Made by a program: the position numbers and the translations under genes. A stretch of DNA of 64,000 bases, taken from NCBI GenBank assembly GCA_024704765.1, contig JAKMXF010000188.1:429015-493014 (forward strand), read 5' to 3'. Source of the stretch: Oopsacas minuta (lineage: Eukaryota; Animalia; Porifera). Below are positions 36,054 to 47,072 of this stretch, one piece after another. Numbering within the stretch: position 1 is the stretch's first letter; each line of letters starts with the position of its first letter. The notes beneath the pieces are model-generated. The model was not told the origin of the DNA. It saw only the letters and a program-made list of their open reading frames with translations, and did no database searches.

Positions 36054-37425
36054 CTGCACCTCACTTTTAATGGGTCCTTTTCTAAATTCTCAGTTCTTGT
36101 CGAAGGGTCCTTCATTTCATTAGCTATATAAATATTTCTCCAGTGATTTTCTCTCAACTTTTCTCCTTGTAACTTTACCGAGTATTCCATGTGTATACAA
36201 ACCATTTTCAAAATCCATATACTTCAACCCTAAATGATCGTGGCCGCCAAATGTTGCAAATCACAACGCTAACTGATTAGCTAATCAAATATATACGATA
36301 AATGAGTTTATTGAAATCCTCAAGTAATACTTCCAGTACTAATTTACTATTACATACTACTAAGTAAATCGGAGTCCCGACAGTATGGGAAGTTGGGTGT
36401 ATACTATAGATAGGCTTTCCTGATTTGACCATAATTTCCACAATTATCGGATTATAAGTGGATATTGACCAAACATGTGCCATCCATGATCTGTGCTATA
36501 ACTCAGAAACATACCGACTTTATCACGACAAATTTGTATATTTTGTATAGAAACGGTTTTAGATCATTTCGTATTTCAACATTTTAATCAAAATTCGATA
36601 TTTTATGTTTTATATAGTTTCAAAGATAAGACAATTCTTGGCACAATTTGACAAAATTTTTGCTTTTATGGATTGATGACATGTATTTCAACAAGTGTGT
36701 AATATATTAATTCGGGCAAAGTGCACTGGTCCTGAAAAAATGGCATTGCTTACTAAATTAGAATGGTGTGAATATATACATCAAATTGTTGGACACATGA
36801 CCACTGAATCCTAATTAAACATCTAAATGCTGATCTGAAATAATTTGAGGAAGTTATGGGTAGGGGCCAAACCCGGCGAACGGTAATATTCGCAAAAATA
36901 AATTGGAAATACAAAATAACTGAACCAGATCCAGAAAGCGTGACAAAGAGCTTTTTCAATCTTTACCTACCCTAAATCAATTTCCGAAGTCAAAACGATG
37001 TACTCGAAAGTGCATACATGCAAGTCCCAGCGCCAGGAGTATATAATTTAATATACTTAACTTCTATTGTCGCAATGTAAAGAGATCCACAACGGCCCAA
37101 CCTGTATGTTAATTTCAGCAATATATCTGCAAAAGTCTCTTCAATCAATTAAGATAATTAAGCAAACAACAAACATATAAACAACACTGGGCCCCCTGCC
37201 CCAGAACTCGACACCTATGTATGTAGGTTTGTATTGGCAAATTATATTAAATTGCAATATAAAGATACTTAAATTATGTTCTAAACGAAATTTCCAGATC
37301 TACGGACTACGGTAGTTGAATGACAAATTGTCTCAAGGATGACAGAATGTCACCCATCAGTTTCTAAAAAATGTGAGAAATTAAAATGACTAATTACTAT
37401 TACCAAATTGTAAACGGACATGATA

Positions 37426-40400
37426 CTATTTCAGGATATGAAAGTCTGGATTCGAGAATAACAATTTTCTGGGTGTAAACTTTGGTTTGGGTAGATCGTA
37501 GAGAATTTTGAATAGCCCTGTTCCTAGTTTCATTGGTAATCCCATAATGATACATTCACTGACACCGTTAATAGCATCCACCTGGGAAAACAAACTAGCG
37601 TTGAACAAATGATCAGTGGTACATTCGAATGAGGCCAGCATCAGTACACTCTCTTTCATCTTAGATAATCCAAACCGAGTGATTCCTAAAACTTCTCCTT
37701 TGTATGTCATCAGGTCAGCGAGTAACATGACATGTCTTCCATCTAAATGTATGCCGTGATTCTTCATGGTGTATATAATTTCATCTACGATTACAGACCG
37801 CGCTGCCTCAATTCCTAGAGTCTTCTCTACCTCTATCATACTGTTAGATTTTGAGTGAGTACCCTTTACCCCTATTGTAGCCATAACTGCTCTTAGATTT
37901 TCTCCTTCTACATAAAGTTTGTACTTCTCTTTACCCTCACTACTCTGTTCTTCATCAGCATTAATAATAACTCGATTTACGGCACTTAACCCCAGTACAA
38001 CTAAGTTAATCAGTTTCTCTTTAAAGTTTCTTAAAATACAATTTACAGGTTCTTTGTAAGGAGGTAAGGGTGAGATTAATATGATTGATTCCCCACGAAT
38101 CGAAACATCCATCGTTTTGATTTTCAAACCAGAAGCAAGCATGATTCTCTGATAAACCTTATCCACATCAATTTCAAGCTTCAATAGTTTTATTCGCTCC
38201 AAATCAAGTCTGATTCGTAGGAACTGCTTTCCGCTGCCATAAACTTCCTCTATACATTTTGTCACCTCCCCTAGAGTTGTCTTTTCAATCCTTCCTTTTA
38301 CAATTCTAGCGAAATCTTCACTATCATTTACGTCTAGCTCAGCTGTGATAATCGGAGTAGAAATAGATTTTGTTGCATTTATTATTTCTTTAATTCTGGG
38401 CACACCTAATGTTATATTCATCGAAGCAAGTCCAGCGAAATGAAATGTCTTTAATGTCATCTGTGTAGCTGGTTCCCCGATGCTCTGGGCTGCCAGAGCT
38501 CCAACTGCAGTACCCGGGTCTATGTTAGCTTTCATCAATTTATGATATACAGTCTCTATAAAGACTTTCAATTGGATCTCGTTCATGTAGTTCTTGTTGT
38601 TAATAACAAAGTTAGGATCTGTCTGATAAGACTTTTCTAATATTACTACATTTTCAATCTTCGAAGAGAGAAATTCAATTAGTGATTTTATCAACTTTTG
38701 ATTACATTTGAGATATTTGGGATCTGATTTAAAGGATTCAATGGTATTATCTAGAGTAGCGATAGAGACTAGAGGTAAAGTTCTATCATTAAATACCTGC
38801 TGGATGTGAAATAGGACCCTTTCAAACTCCAGGACCTTGTTATCTGCCTCCATCATAGCTGGGTCCATGTTATCTCCACCATATTCGAACTGAATTACGT
38901 TATTGTTTGAGTCTCTCACTGTCAAATCGTACAACACACACATATCCTCTAGTGCCTTAACCAATCGTCGTTGCATATAACCGGTCTCAGCTGTTTTTAC
39001 AGCTGTGTCAACCAAGCCCTCCCGCCCTCCTACCGTATGGAAATAGAATTCTATCGGAGTCATCCCACTGAAAAAGCTATTTTCTACGAATCCTTTTGCG
39101 TCAGCTTCTTTAGACATCCTAGCAAAGTGTGGAAGAGACCTCTCGGTGAATCCGTTAGGCATTCTCTTCCCACTGATGGCTTGCTGACCAACGCAAGCTA
39201 TCATCTGTGAAATGTTCAACCAAGACCCCTTAGCTCCACACAGAGCCATGATTAGAGGAGCGTTTGAAGGGTGGAGTTCTTCTTTGCATGCTTTTCCTGC
39301 GTGCTCTCTTACAGATGATAGCTCTTTGTTAATGATAGCTTCTAAAGTCTCTTCAGCACTCATCCCAGGCTGAGTCTGGAGTTTTCCTTCTCTGAACTCC
39401 TGAATATAGTCCTGACACTTGCTGTACCCCTGATCCACCAGTTTACCTTTCTTTAACATCAGCTGTTCACCTGGCCACACATCTCCAATACCTATACTGA
39501 ATCCTCTATTCATTAGATAGTAAGAGATGAGACGAGCTAATCTGGTCATGCAAGTTATAGCGCTGTCCTCGCTATAATCTCGAAGCTGTGTATAAAAGAT
39601 GTTACTCTTAGAGCCTGAGCCTATCATACTCTTGTCAAGAGCTCCTGCCATCAACTCGCCATTGTACACGACAAGGAAGGAATCGTTAGGACAAAGTTCT
39701 TCAAAATTTCTGCCGGAATACTGTTTTCCAGGAGCACGGATATTAATAGGATGTCCTGCCGAGCGATTGGGACGGAGAAGCACGGAGATTACTTGTTTTC
39801 CTGTCCAAAATCGTCTGGGTTTTATTATAGAAGGCTTAGGCAGATCTATTCTGAGGTCAGCATCATCTTGTTTGAGGAAACTGCAAATGAGTTGAATGAA
39901 ATGAGCTCTATCAAAGAACTCATCCTTCTGGGTAAGCAGGTACGAGCCAGTGATGAAGTCTTGTATGGCTGCAATCAAGGGCTCTCCATTCCTAGGTGTT
40001 ACGAGATTGCATTTCACTCCCATTAGAGCCAGGGCCTCTGCTTTAGCCTCCTCCGATTGAGGCAGATGGAGATTCATCTCATCTCCGTCAAAGTCTGCGT
40101 TATACGGAGTACAGACACACTCATTGAGACGGAATGTGCGATGCGGCATTACGCGTGCATAGTGAGTCATGATGCTGAGCTTATGGAGAGAAGGCTGTCT
40201 ATTGAATAATACGATGTCTCCGTCCATCATGTGTCGCTCCACTATGGAACCGAGAGAGAGGTGTTGAGCAATTTTTTCTCTGTTGCCATATCGCAAGTAC
40301 GTCTTAGCTATTTCGGATTGTTGCTGGTGCTGCTTGGCTTTCGGAATAACGTAATTAGCGCCTGGATGGTTATCAGGACCATTCAGTATTAATTTCCTAA

Positions 40401-41640
40401 GGAACTCAATGTTGTGACTATTTACACGTTCAGGATAGGTCATTAGGATAGCTACTTCTATTGGAACAGCTACTTCATCCACTCTAAGGTTAGGATCAGG
40501 AGATATCACTGTACGACCAGAAAAGTCAACTCTCTTGCCAGATAGATTTCCTCTGAATCGTCCGTGCTTTCCCTTCAGCCGATGCACAAACGATCTCCTC
40601 AGCTTAGGGACCTGAACATTAGATGGAAGGCTTACTCCGCTGTTGATAAGTAAAGCACACTGAATCTGTAGAGAGTCCCAAAGCTCCATTATCTTGTTCA
40701 TTGGTCCATTATGCTTCAATAGACTATGAATAATGCAATTTACTCGTATAATGTCAGTAATTTTAATGGTAATATCGTCTTCATTGCTACCTCCAATGTC
40801 AGTCTGTACAGATGGGCGTATGCATGGGGGAGGAACTAATATCCTCTGTAATAGAAGATCTTCCGGTCGTCCGTGGCCAGGTGTCATGCCTATGAAAATA
40901 CAATCATCGTCTCTAACGTTTTGAAAGATGTGTAATACCTTGAGAGGAGTTAGCAAGTCCAGAGCTTTGTCTAGATGCTTCTCAAGTTCTTTGTTGTTCT
41001 CTTTAGCTTGAGAGAACTTCTCCAGGAATGTAGCATGCTCAACTCCTGAGAACTTACGTCCAGTGGGATTGAATGGGTTATGTAGTAACTTCATGAAGCC
41101 GAACTTTTTAGCAGTCTTCACAACTCCGTTCAATTTGGAACAATACGGACAGTGTGAGTGTTTCCTGGCGAATAGTAGCACATTCTTTAGGATAGCTTTT
41201 CTAGCAACAGGAGAATTTATGACGCGTCTCAGTTTAGGAGTAAAGTAACTAACCTCGTCTGTGTCCAGCAGTATCCTGCTACAGCTCTTGCACATACACT
41301 GCAGTATCTTTGTTATATCTTTGAAATATCCTGTATGGAACACTGGGAATGCTAGATCTACATAGCCATAATGTCCCAGACATCTAGCTAGTTCATTGCC
41401 ACAAGTATCACATACTCCTTTCACTGTGCTCATCCCCATTCTACGATCCAGAACCCCATCAGTTGCTGGTAATTTACGGCCTTCATCTGCGCCAGTGTAG
41501 ATTCGTTCAGATACCACCTGTAGATGTGCTTGTTGTTCCATTTGTTGCTTAGAAAACAGACTGAATTGAATCTGGCTTATCTTATGAGCTACATTAGCTT
41601 CACGATACTGCTGCTTATCGAACTTGTCAGAGTCTGTCAT
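37426..41640 (-). CDS. POLR3A: DNA-directed RNA polymerase III largest subunit RPC1, 1404 aa, intronless
   Basis: One ORF with a likely start MTDSDKFDKQQYRE. It has Zn sites CDTC..CLGHYG and CKSC..CPYC, KGKHGRFRGNLSGKRVDF, the catalytic YNADFDGDEMN, the bridge helix TAVKTAETGYMQRRLVK and the trigger loop EPATQMTLKTFHFAG. It lacks a heptad CTD, and FRLNECVCTPY is typical of Pol III. Confidence 0.97.
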   Translation of the reverse strand: MTDSDKFDKQQYREANVAHKISQIQFSLFSKQQMEQQAHLQVVSERIYTGADEGRKLPATDGVLDRRMGMSTVKGVCDTCGNELARCLGHYGYVDLAFPVFHTGYFKDITKILQCMCKSCSRILLDTDEVSYFTPKLRRVINSPVARKAILKNVLLFARKHSHCPYCSKLNGVVKTAKKFGFMKLLHNPFNPTGRKFSGVEHATFLEKFSQAKENNKELEKHLDKALDLLTPLKVLHIFQNVRDDDCIFIGMTPGHGRPEDLLLQRILVPPPCIRPSVQTDIGGSNEDDITIKITDIIRVNCIIHSLLKHNGPMNKIMELWDSLQIQCALLINSGVSLPSNVQVPKLRRSFVHRLKGKHGRFRGNLSGKRVDFSGRTVISPDPNLRVDEVAVPIEVAILMTYPERVNSHNIEFLRKLILNGPDNHPGANYVIPKAKQHQQQSEIAKTYLRYGNREKIAQHLSLGSIVERHMMDGDIVLFNRQPSLHKLSIMTHYARVMPHRTFRLNECVCTPYNADFDGDEMNLHLPQSEEAKAEALALMGVKCNLVTPRNGEPLIAAIQDFITGSYLLTQKDEFFDRAHFIQLICSFLKQDDADLRIDLPKPSIIKPRRFWTGKQVISVLLRPNRSAGHPINIRAPGKQYSGRNFEELCPNDSFLVVYNGELMAGALDKSMIGSGSKSNIFYTQLRDYSEDSAITCMTRLARLISYYLMNRGFSIGIGDVWPGEQLMLKKGKLVDQGYSKCQDYIQEFREGKLQTQPGMSAEETLEAIINKELSSVREHAGKACKEELHPSNAPLIMALCGAKGSWLNISQMIACVGQQAISGKRMPNGFTERSLPHFARMSKEADAKGFVENSFFSGMTPIEFYFHTVGGREGLVDTAVKTAETGYMQRRLVKALEDMCVLYDLTVRDSNNNVIQFEYGGDNMDPAMMEADNKVLEFERVLFHIQQVFNDRTLPLVSIATLDNTIESFKSDPKYLKCNQKLIKSLIEFLSSKIENVVILEKSYQTDPNFVINNKNYMNEIQLKVFIETVYHKLMKANIDPGTAVGALAAQSIGEPATQMTLKTFHFAGLASMNITLGVPRIKEIINATKSISTPIITAELDVNDSEDFARIVKGRIEKTTLGEVTKCIEEVYGSGKQFLRIRLDLERIKLLKLEIDVDKVYQRIMLASGLKIKTMDVSIRGESIILISPLPPYKEPVNCILRNFKEKLINLVVLGLSAVNRVIINADEEQSSEGKEKYKLYVEGENLRAVMATIGVKGTHSKSNSMIEVEKTLGIEAARSVIVDEIIYTMKNHGIHLDGRHVMLLADLMTYKGEVLGITRFGLSKMKESVLMLASFECTTDHLFNASLFSQVDAINGVSECIIMGLPMKLGTGLFKILYDLPKPKFTPRKLLFSNPDFHILK

Positions 41641-43731
41641 TACAATATATATTTCTATGCCAATGCAAAAGAACAATTTCAAACGAGGTTAGTAATAATA
41701 ACAAATTACAAAACGTCTTCAAGGGATATTCGGGTGCGTAGAGTCTGAATCGGAGATTTCAAAGCGTGAAATTTACTTATACAGTAATACAACTACCATA
41801 TGATCAATTATTTAATCAATTTTCACGGGTGTTTACAAGAATTACAGCAGCGGAATATTTGCACAACTTAACATCGAATAAATCACTCAATTTCCAAAAT
41901 ACTTCAAGTCTATTAAATTCGAGTTGCAATATTATATTTCTTGATAAGACACATTCAGTACATTTTTGGCTCGAAATGTCTCATTGATAGTTAATAACTA
42001 ACACAAGCCATGGCTGGATTCGGTTAGACTCTGTGGCTTCTAAACTACCTGACAGTGTAACCCAAATTTGCACTATACCTAGTTATGTCAAGTGTGTGAA
42101 TTGATATCTCGAAAACCATTAGTTCTATTGGTATTAAACATATTATTGTTGAATAGGAAATCATGTATGGTGAATTCATTAGCTATTGGCAGACTTCAAA
42201 TGTTTGTGGTTTTTTTCGGTTTTCACACATTTTCATATATATGATAATAATGCTAGTAATTCGGAAACAGTTGAAGTTAGATATGAAAAGTATTTATGAC
42301 AAAATTCCGATTCCCTTATTTGGTGTCGTTTTCGTGAGTTCTTTACAATGTACATTTGAATAGGGCTATTTGACACTGGTGATATTGTCCAATCGGGTTT
42401 TTTGTAGTCAAGTCAGTGTAAACATTGCTTATTCAAAATTCCTGAATACAATAATCGGATTTTTTATCCATCCGAGGGTGTAAACAATTGAAAATCTGTT
42501 TGACTTATTGTGTCCTATGGCATATATTAGTGATTTTTCAAAATACTGGATTAGTATATTCCCCTATTACTAGAAAATAATATGCAGCCTTCGTGGTTAT
42601 TGTCAATCGGTGTATATTAGCTGTCTAAAATGATCCTGTCCATCAGTATTTAGCATAATGGATTATTTTGTTTTGGCAAAGCAATCAATGGAAATTAACC
42701 GGATTTCAACAGTAGTTGTTTATCATGCAAAAACTGTGCTGAAAATTTTGATCGCGCTCATTCATACTGACATTATAATCACAAGATTTTCCACAATTTT
42801 AGAATAGATCTCTCCCAAAATATAGGGAAAGTAATTTGAAAAAATCTCAAATCACCGCCTCTGCGAAGTAATTTCCCTTAGGCCACCAGGATTCAGCGAA
42901 ATTTGTTACCCCACATGTCTGTTGAGAGAAAGTCTCTACCAATAGAAATTTGGATAATTTGTCTAATTTCTATTCATAATCAACGATAAAATTACACACG
43001 TATGAGTAACTTGAAAATGCGAAATTCGGATTCAGCGACTCGATTACTAATATATGTCTGTTGAGCCCATTGATAATATGTTAAACATAATCTCTAGCAT
43101 TCTTTTGAATTTACATAGGAATGTATGGAAACATGATTAATCACCTAGAAGGTGTAAAAGCACAACTAGATGTCACTACGAGTATACATACCAATTTCTA
43201 ATCTTAATCTCCAAAGGTGTGAACAGGAGAGCGAACATATATACGTATATATATACACCTACTAAGATAGTCAACCATTTTAGAACTGTGACACTATAGT
43301 ATAGTATAGTCGGAACAGTAACAATTGATCTTAATTATTGTTCAGTAGAATTCATGAGATAGACAACTTATGTTTATAAGAAGTTTAAAAACTGGAAATT
43401 ATTTTGTTTTCAGTGCGTTCTCTTATTTCTCTAGAAATTAATTATTACGTAGTAATTAATGTAAATACTGTATAACCTCACCAGTATATAATGAAAGTAG
43501 CTATAATTCTAATTATATTATTTTCATGTTGTCTGGATATAATCATTCTTGGTAAAGTGTAATATATTTAAATTTAAGCAATATATTATCCATTTACTGA
43601 ATCATACAAAGAATCTATATTCCTCTTTATAAATCAATCACATAATGAAAGCAATAATCAGCATTCTGTATTAGTATAAAACTCATTCAATCCAATAATG
43701 AATTTTATCAGAATTAACTCAAAATACTACA

Positions 43732-44796
43732 ATGATATTAGACATATCCAACGATACACATTATATTCAAGAGAAACTAAATACAATCTCCACGTATCCA
43801 ATACTGATTCTGTATACTGCATGTGTACCAGTAGCGTTTTTGAATCTAACTATCCTAGCTTATTCATCAAGATATTGGTACCAAGTGAGAAAGAAGGCTG
43901 AATATAATGACGCGAATTATAAAAAAGCTACTGTGAATATTGTCAAGTTTGGATTGTCAAGTTTGGCGCTATTTTTTGAAATGGCATTAGTCCTCATACT
44001 TGCTTTTGATAAAGGTGTATGCCGTATTCTCTATTCCTTCCAATATAAACCAGAAGGAATAATAAACAATTTTGTAACATCATCCGTTCTAGTAGGGGAA
44101 CTGACTCCAATATTGATTATCAACATGCTCTGTCTCTTCTTGATTGACGTGCTAATGCACTCTAGAGTAGATGTTGGTATAATCTATTATGAGAGCTGGA
44201 AGATATTCTGGTTGTGTCTGATAACATTTGCTCTTTGTACTGTTGCTTCAGGAATTGACATCATGAACCGTTTCGGTTTTCTTATCACAGGTATAATCCA
44301 GATATATTCACTTATCGTCACCTCTAAACATTTGAAGATACTATACAGGGTCTTAAAATCTAAATGTATAGAATATATGTATGATCCGAATAAGAGCAGA
44401 TATTTCAAGGCTCAGATGAAAAACTACAAATATAGCTCATTGGTAGTTGGTATTTCTTTCTGTGGATTTCTGATATCAAACGCAATAATAATAATTTATG
44501 AAAGTGCAAGCAGAATTGTGATTTTGTTGGCATACAAGCAATGGTATCTATCATCTGAAGTAGAAATGTATTTTGGAGGTGAATCAACTTCTGAGTTTTT
44601 CCATGAATTATTAGGAATGGTCGAAAGAGTACTCTTTATAAACTGGGCCTTAATTTCCACTCTGTTTAACTACCTGATATTTATTATCTTTATCCAAAAA
44701 GCTATCAGCTATAGACGTTTTCTTACTAAACCTCACCACGTTAAGATGGTGGATATTATGAATGGACACCCAATATATAAGAGAGTTTCCTATTAA
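43732..44796 (+). CDS. Orphan single-exon multi-pass membrane protein, 354 aa, ~7 predicted TM segments
   Basis: A 1065-nt ORF in AT-rich DNA with about seven hydrophobic stretches, a basic loop (KHLKILYRVLKSK...KSRYFKAQMKNYK) and ATTAAA ~45 nt after the stop. No family motif recognised. Confidence 0.8.
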   Translation: MILDISNDTHYIQEKLNTISTYPILILYTACVPVAFLNLTILAYSSRYWYQVRKKAEYNDANYKKATVNIVKFGLSSLALFFEMALVLILAFDKGVCRILYSFQYKPEGIINNFVTSSVLVGELTPILIINMLCLFLIDVLMHSRVDVGIIYYESWKIFWLCLITFALCTVASGIDIMNRFGFLITGIIQIYSLIVTSKHLKILYRVLKSKCIEYMYDPNKSRYFKAQMKNYKYSSLVVGISFCGFLISNAIIIIYESASRIVILLAYKQWYLSSEVEMYFGGESTSEFFHELLGMVERVLFINWALISTLFNYLIFIIFIQKAISYRRFLTKPHHVKMVDIMNGHPIYKRVSY

Positions 44797-44887
44797 CAAC
44801 AATTATTGATTATTATTATTACTATTTGATTCTAATCGATACTATTAAAACGCAATTAATCAATATGTGTGAATATAAATATATATA

Positions 44888-45374
44888 CAAGCGCTCTTCG
44901 CTTGCTCGCGCTACGCGATTGCGAACACTTAGTGTCCACACTCGGGCCTACGGCCCTAGAGTACATAAACTCATAATCTTAACCCTAGCAAACATGATAT
45001 TGCCATAATCTTTTAATTTACTTACTTTAAGTTCCCCAAAAGTGAACAAATATTTATGAAGTGTTGTTTACAATATCATATCGGACTCAGCATACTCGAT
45101 TACTCCAGTATAGTCGTTGAAAGTAATTTTTAAATTTGTTTACTTTATATTCATAAAAACAACAATAATTTTACATATGATTTATCCAAAGTGTGAAAAT
45201 CGGATTCAGCATGTTTGATATATTTAGTGACGTTTCATTGAATTCTATTTACTTCCTTGATAAACACGATAAATACATAGTTATGCGACAATTTCAAAAT
45301 TGCATACCGTAAATCCTTTCCTTGGCAACGGGCAAACAAACAGACAAACAACAATTGAGATTTAATAATATAGA
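44888..45374 (-). mobile_element. Non-autonomous Helitron, family B
   Basis: On the minus strand it starts A^TCTATATTATTAAATCTCAATTG with a (TTTG)n block and ends in a GC-rich hairpin-like segment plus CTTG^T (a CTAG variant). Confidence 0.8.
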
Positions 45375-47072
45375 TTTGTAATATGATTTAATTCTAATAT
45401 CGGTTCATAATGGTTTACCGCATCTTGTATATAATATGATCCAGCATCATTCGCTGGAGGACTACTCATAATTTCCATTAAACTAGGGCCTTTCCCAGAA
45501 TACTCCATCCAACTATTTTTCATCTCTGTAGTACTTACCCAAATATCTGTGTTAAACAATAAAGCTATAGAAATAATTCGATATCTCCACCACACGTTTT
45601 GTCCATATTCATATTTGACTTACTAATGTACTCTTTTGTGCTTCGATACGTAAGAGATATATTCTGTATAAACTTCAAACATATTTGACTTAGTTTTCCC
45701 ACTATACTTTCTGTTATTATTTTTATGTATATTTATTGTTGTTTATATGAATATAAAGTAAACAGATTTCAAAATTGTGGTAGAAGCATGCTTTCAACGG
45801 TTATACTGGGGTAATCGAGCATGCTGAGTCCAAATATGATATTGTAAACAACATCTATGTTAATAAATCTGAATTGTCGTTTGTCTGTTTGTTTGTCAGT
45901 TTATATGTTATTGTTGTTTTAATGAATAGGCTTGCTCTCAACGGCTACAAACGGGGTTGATCTTACAAAATATTTCAATAACATATATGCTATATACGTA
46001 TATTTGTGAATTGCATTGTTCTATATATATATCTATATTAAAATACTCAAAGGGGGCGTCAATTTGGTGAATAATGGATACCTCGAGGCGCAATACGACG
46101 AATTCATCGCGAAGCGACGAGCCAAAGGCTCGTTAACTCGTAAATTTGAATTGAATTACTCCCATAATACGGTCAAGTAGTTTCGACTTTCAAGTATGAT
46201 ATATCTTCAATGTCATCAAGTCAAAATATATACTGAGCAAGACAGGCAGTATACCCATCCATCCCTTAGTGTATGGTTTCCCCATACCTAAGTTGATTAA
46301 TTGCGCTCAATTAATTGTTAAACGACCTGATATTGACCTGACATTAAACTGAAATCGACAAGAAAATGATCTGATTAATCTTTACACCAGACTTGACCTG
46401 ATCTGACTAGGTAAATACATTTCACGATGACCTGACCTGATCTGAAAAGCCTGTTTGAAACACATTTTGGGGATTAGATTGACAAATTTTCAAATTCTGT
46501 CAGCCTAAAACGATCATAAATATGATCTAAAATTTTCGGGAAAAAAAGATAGCGGTCTACCATTCGATCACTGCTTATTAAAGGATGGGCGATCATCCTC
46601 CGATCGTCAAAAACAGATCATGATCGTGAACGTGGATCATTGATCGCATGATACCAATGGCCTACTAATTACACTTCGATTTTAGAAACTCAGGGTATAA
46701 TCTCTAAATAGAAGGTAAATGTTTTGATGGATTAACTAAGCCATCAGCCTTGGGATTTTGAGGCTGATAGATAATTTTAGTGGCAATTGGCCACCAGCAA
46801 ATTCGTCTATCAGTGGTGTATAGACACAAGAGACATGTAATTAAATAAGATATAAATAATAGATTCACATTAATAAATACTATGTATAAAGACAAATTAC
46901 ATAAAATATGGAAACAAAGTGACTCAATTGTAGTAAAATACCTTTTCTGTTAGAAAAGAATGCTACTTTGTACAAAATGTGTGAAGTATTTACAGAACGA
47001 CCGTAGATTCGAAAGAGAGACTCCAATTACCCTTGATAAAAATGCAGCATCGAGGTCTAGCATTAAGCATAA

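Noticed and set aside
38971-41248. Plus-strand ORFs antisense to POLR3A, and similar antisense ORFs over CTR9, CARNMT1, DAPK-like, CWC27 and the transposase
   Set aside because: These are shadow ORFs on the complementary strand of real coding sequence.
41641-41682. Upstream in-frame starts given by the ORF track for POLR3A (41682), CTR9 (33776) and SPAG16 (28601)
   Set aside because: They are mostly non-ATG starts running through acceptor-like sequence. Homology begins at the downstream ATGs (41640, 33743, 28571).
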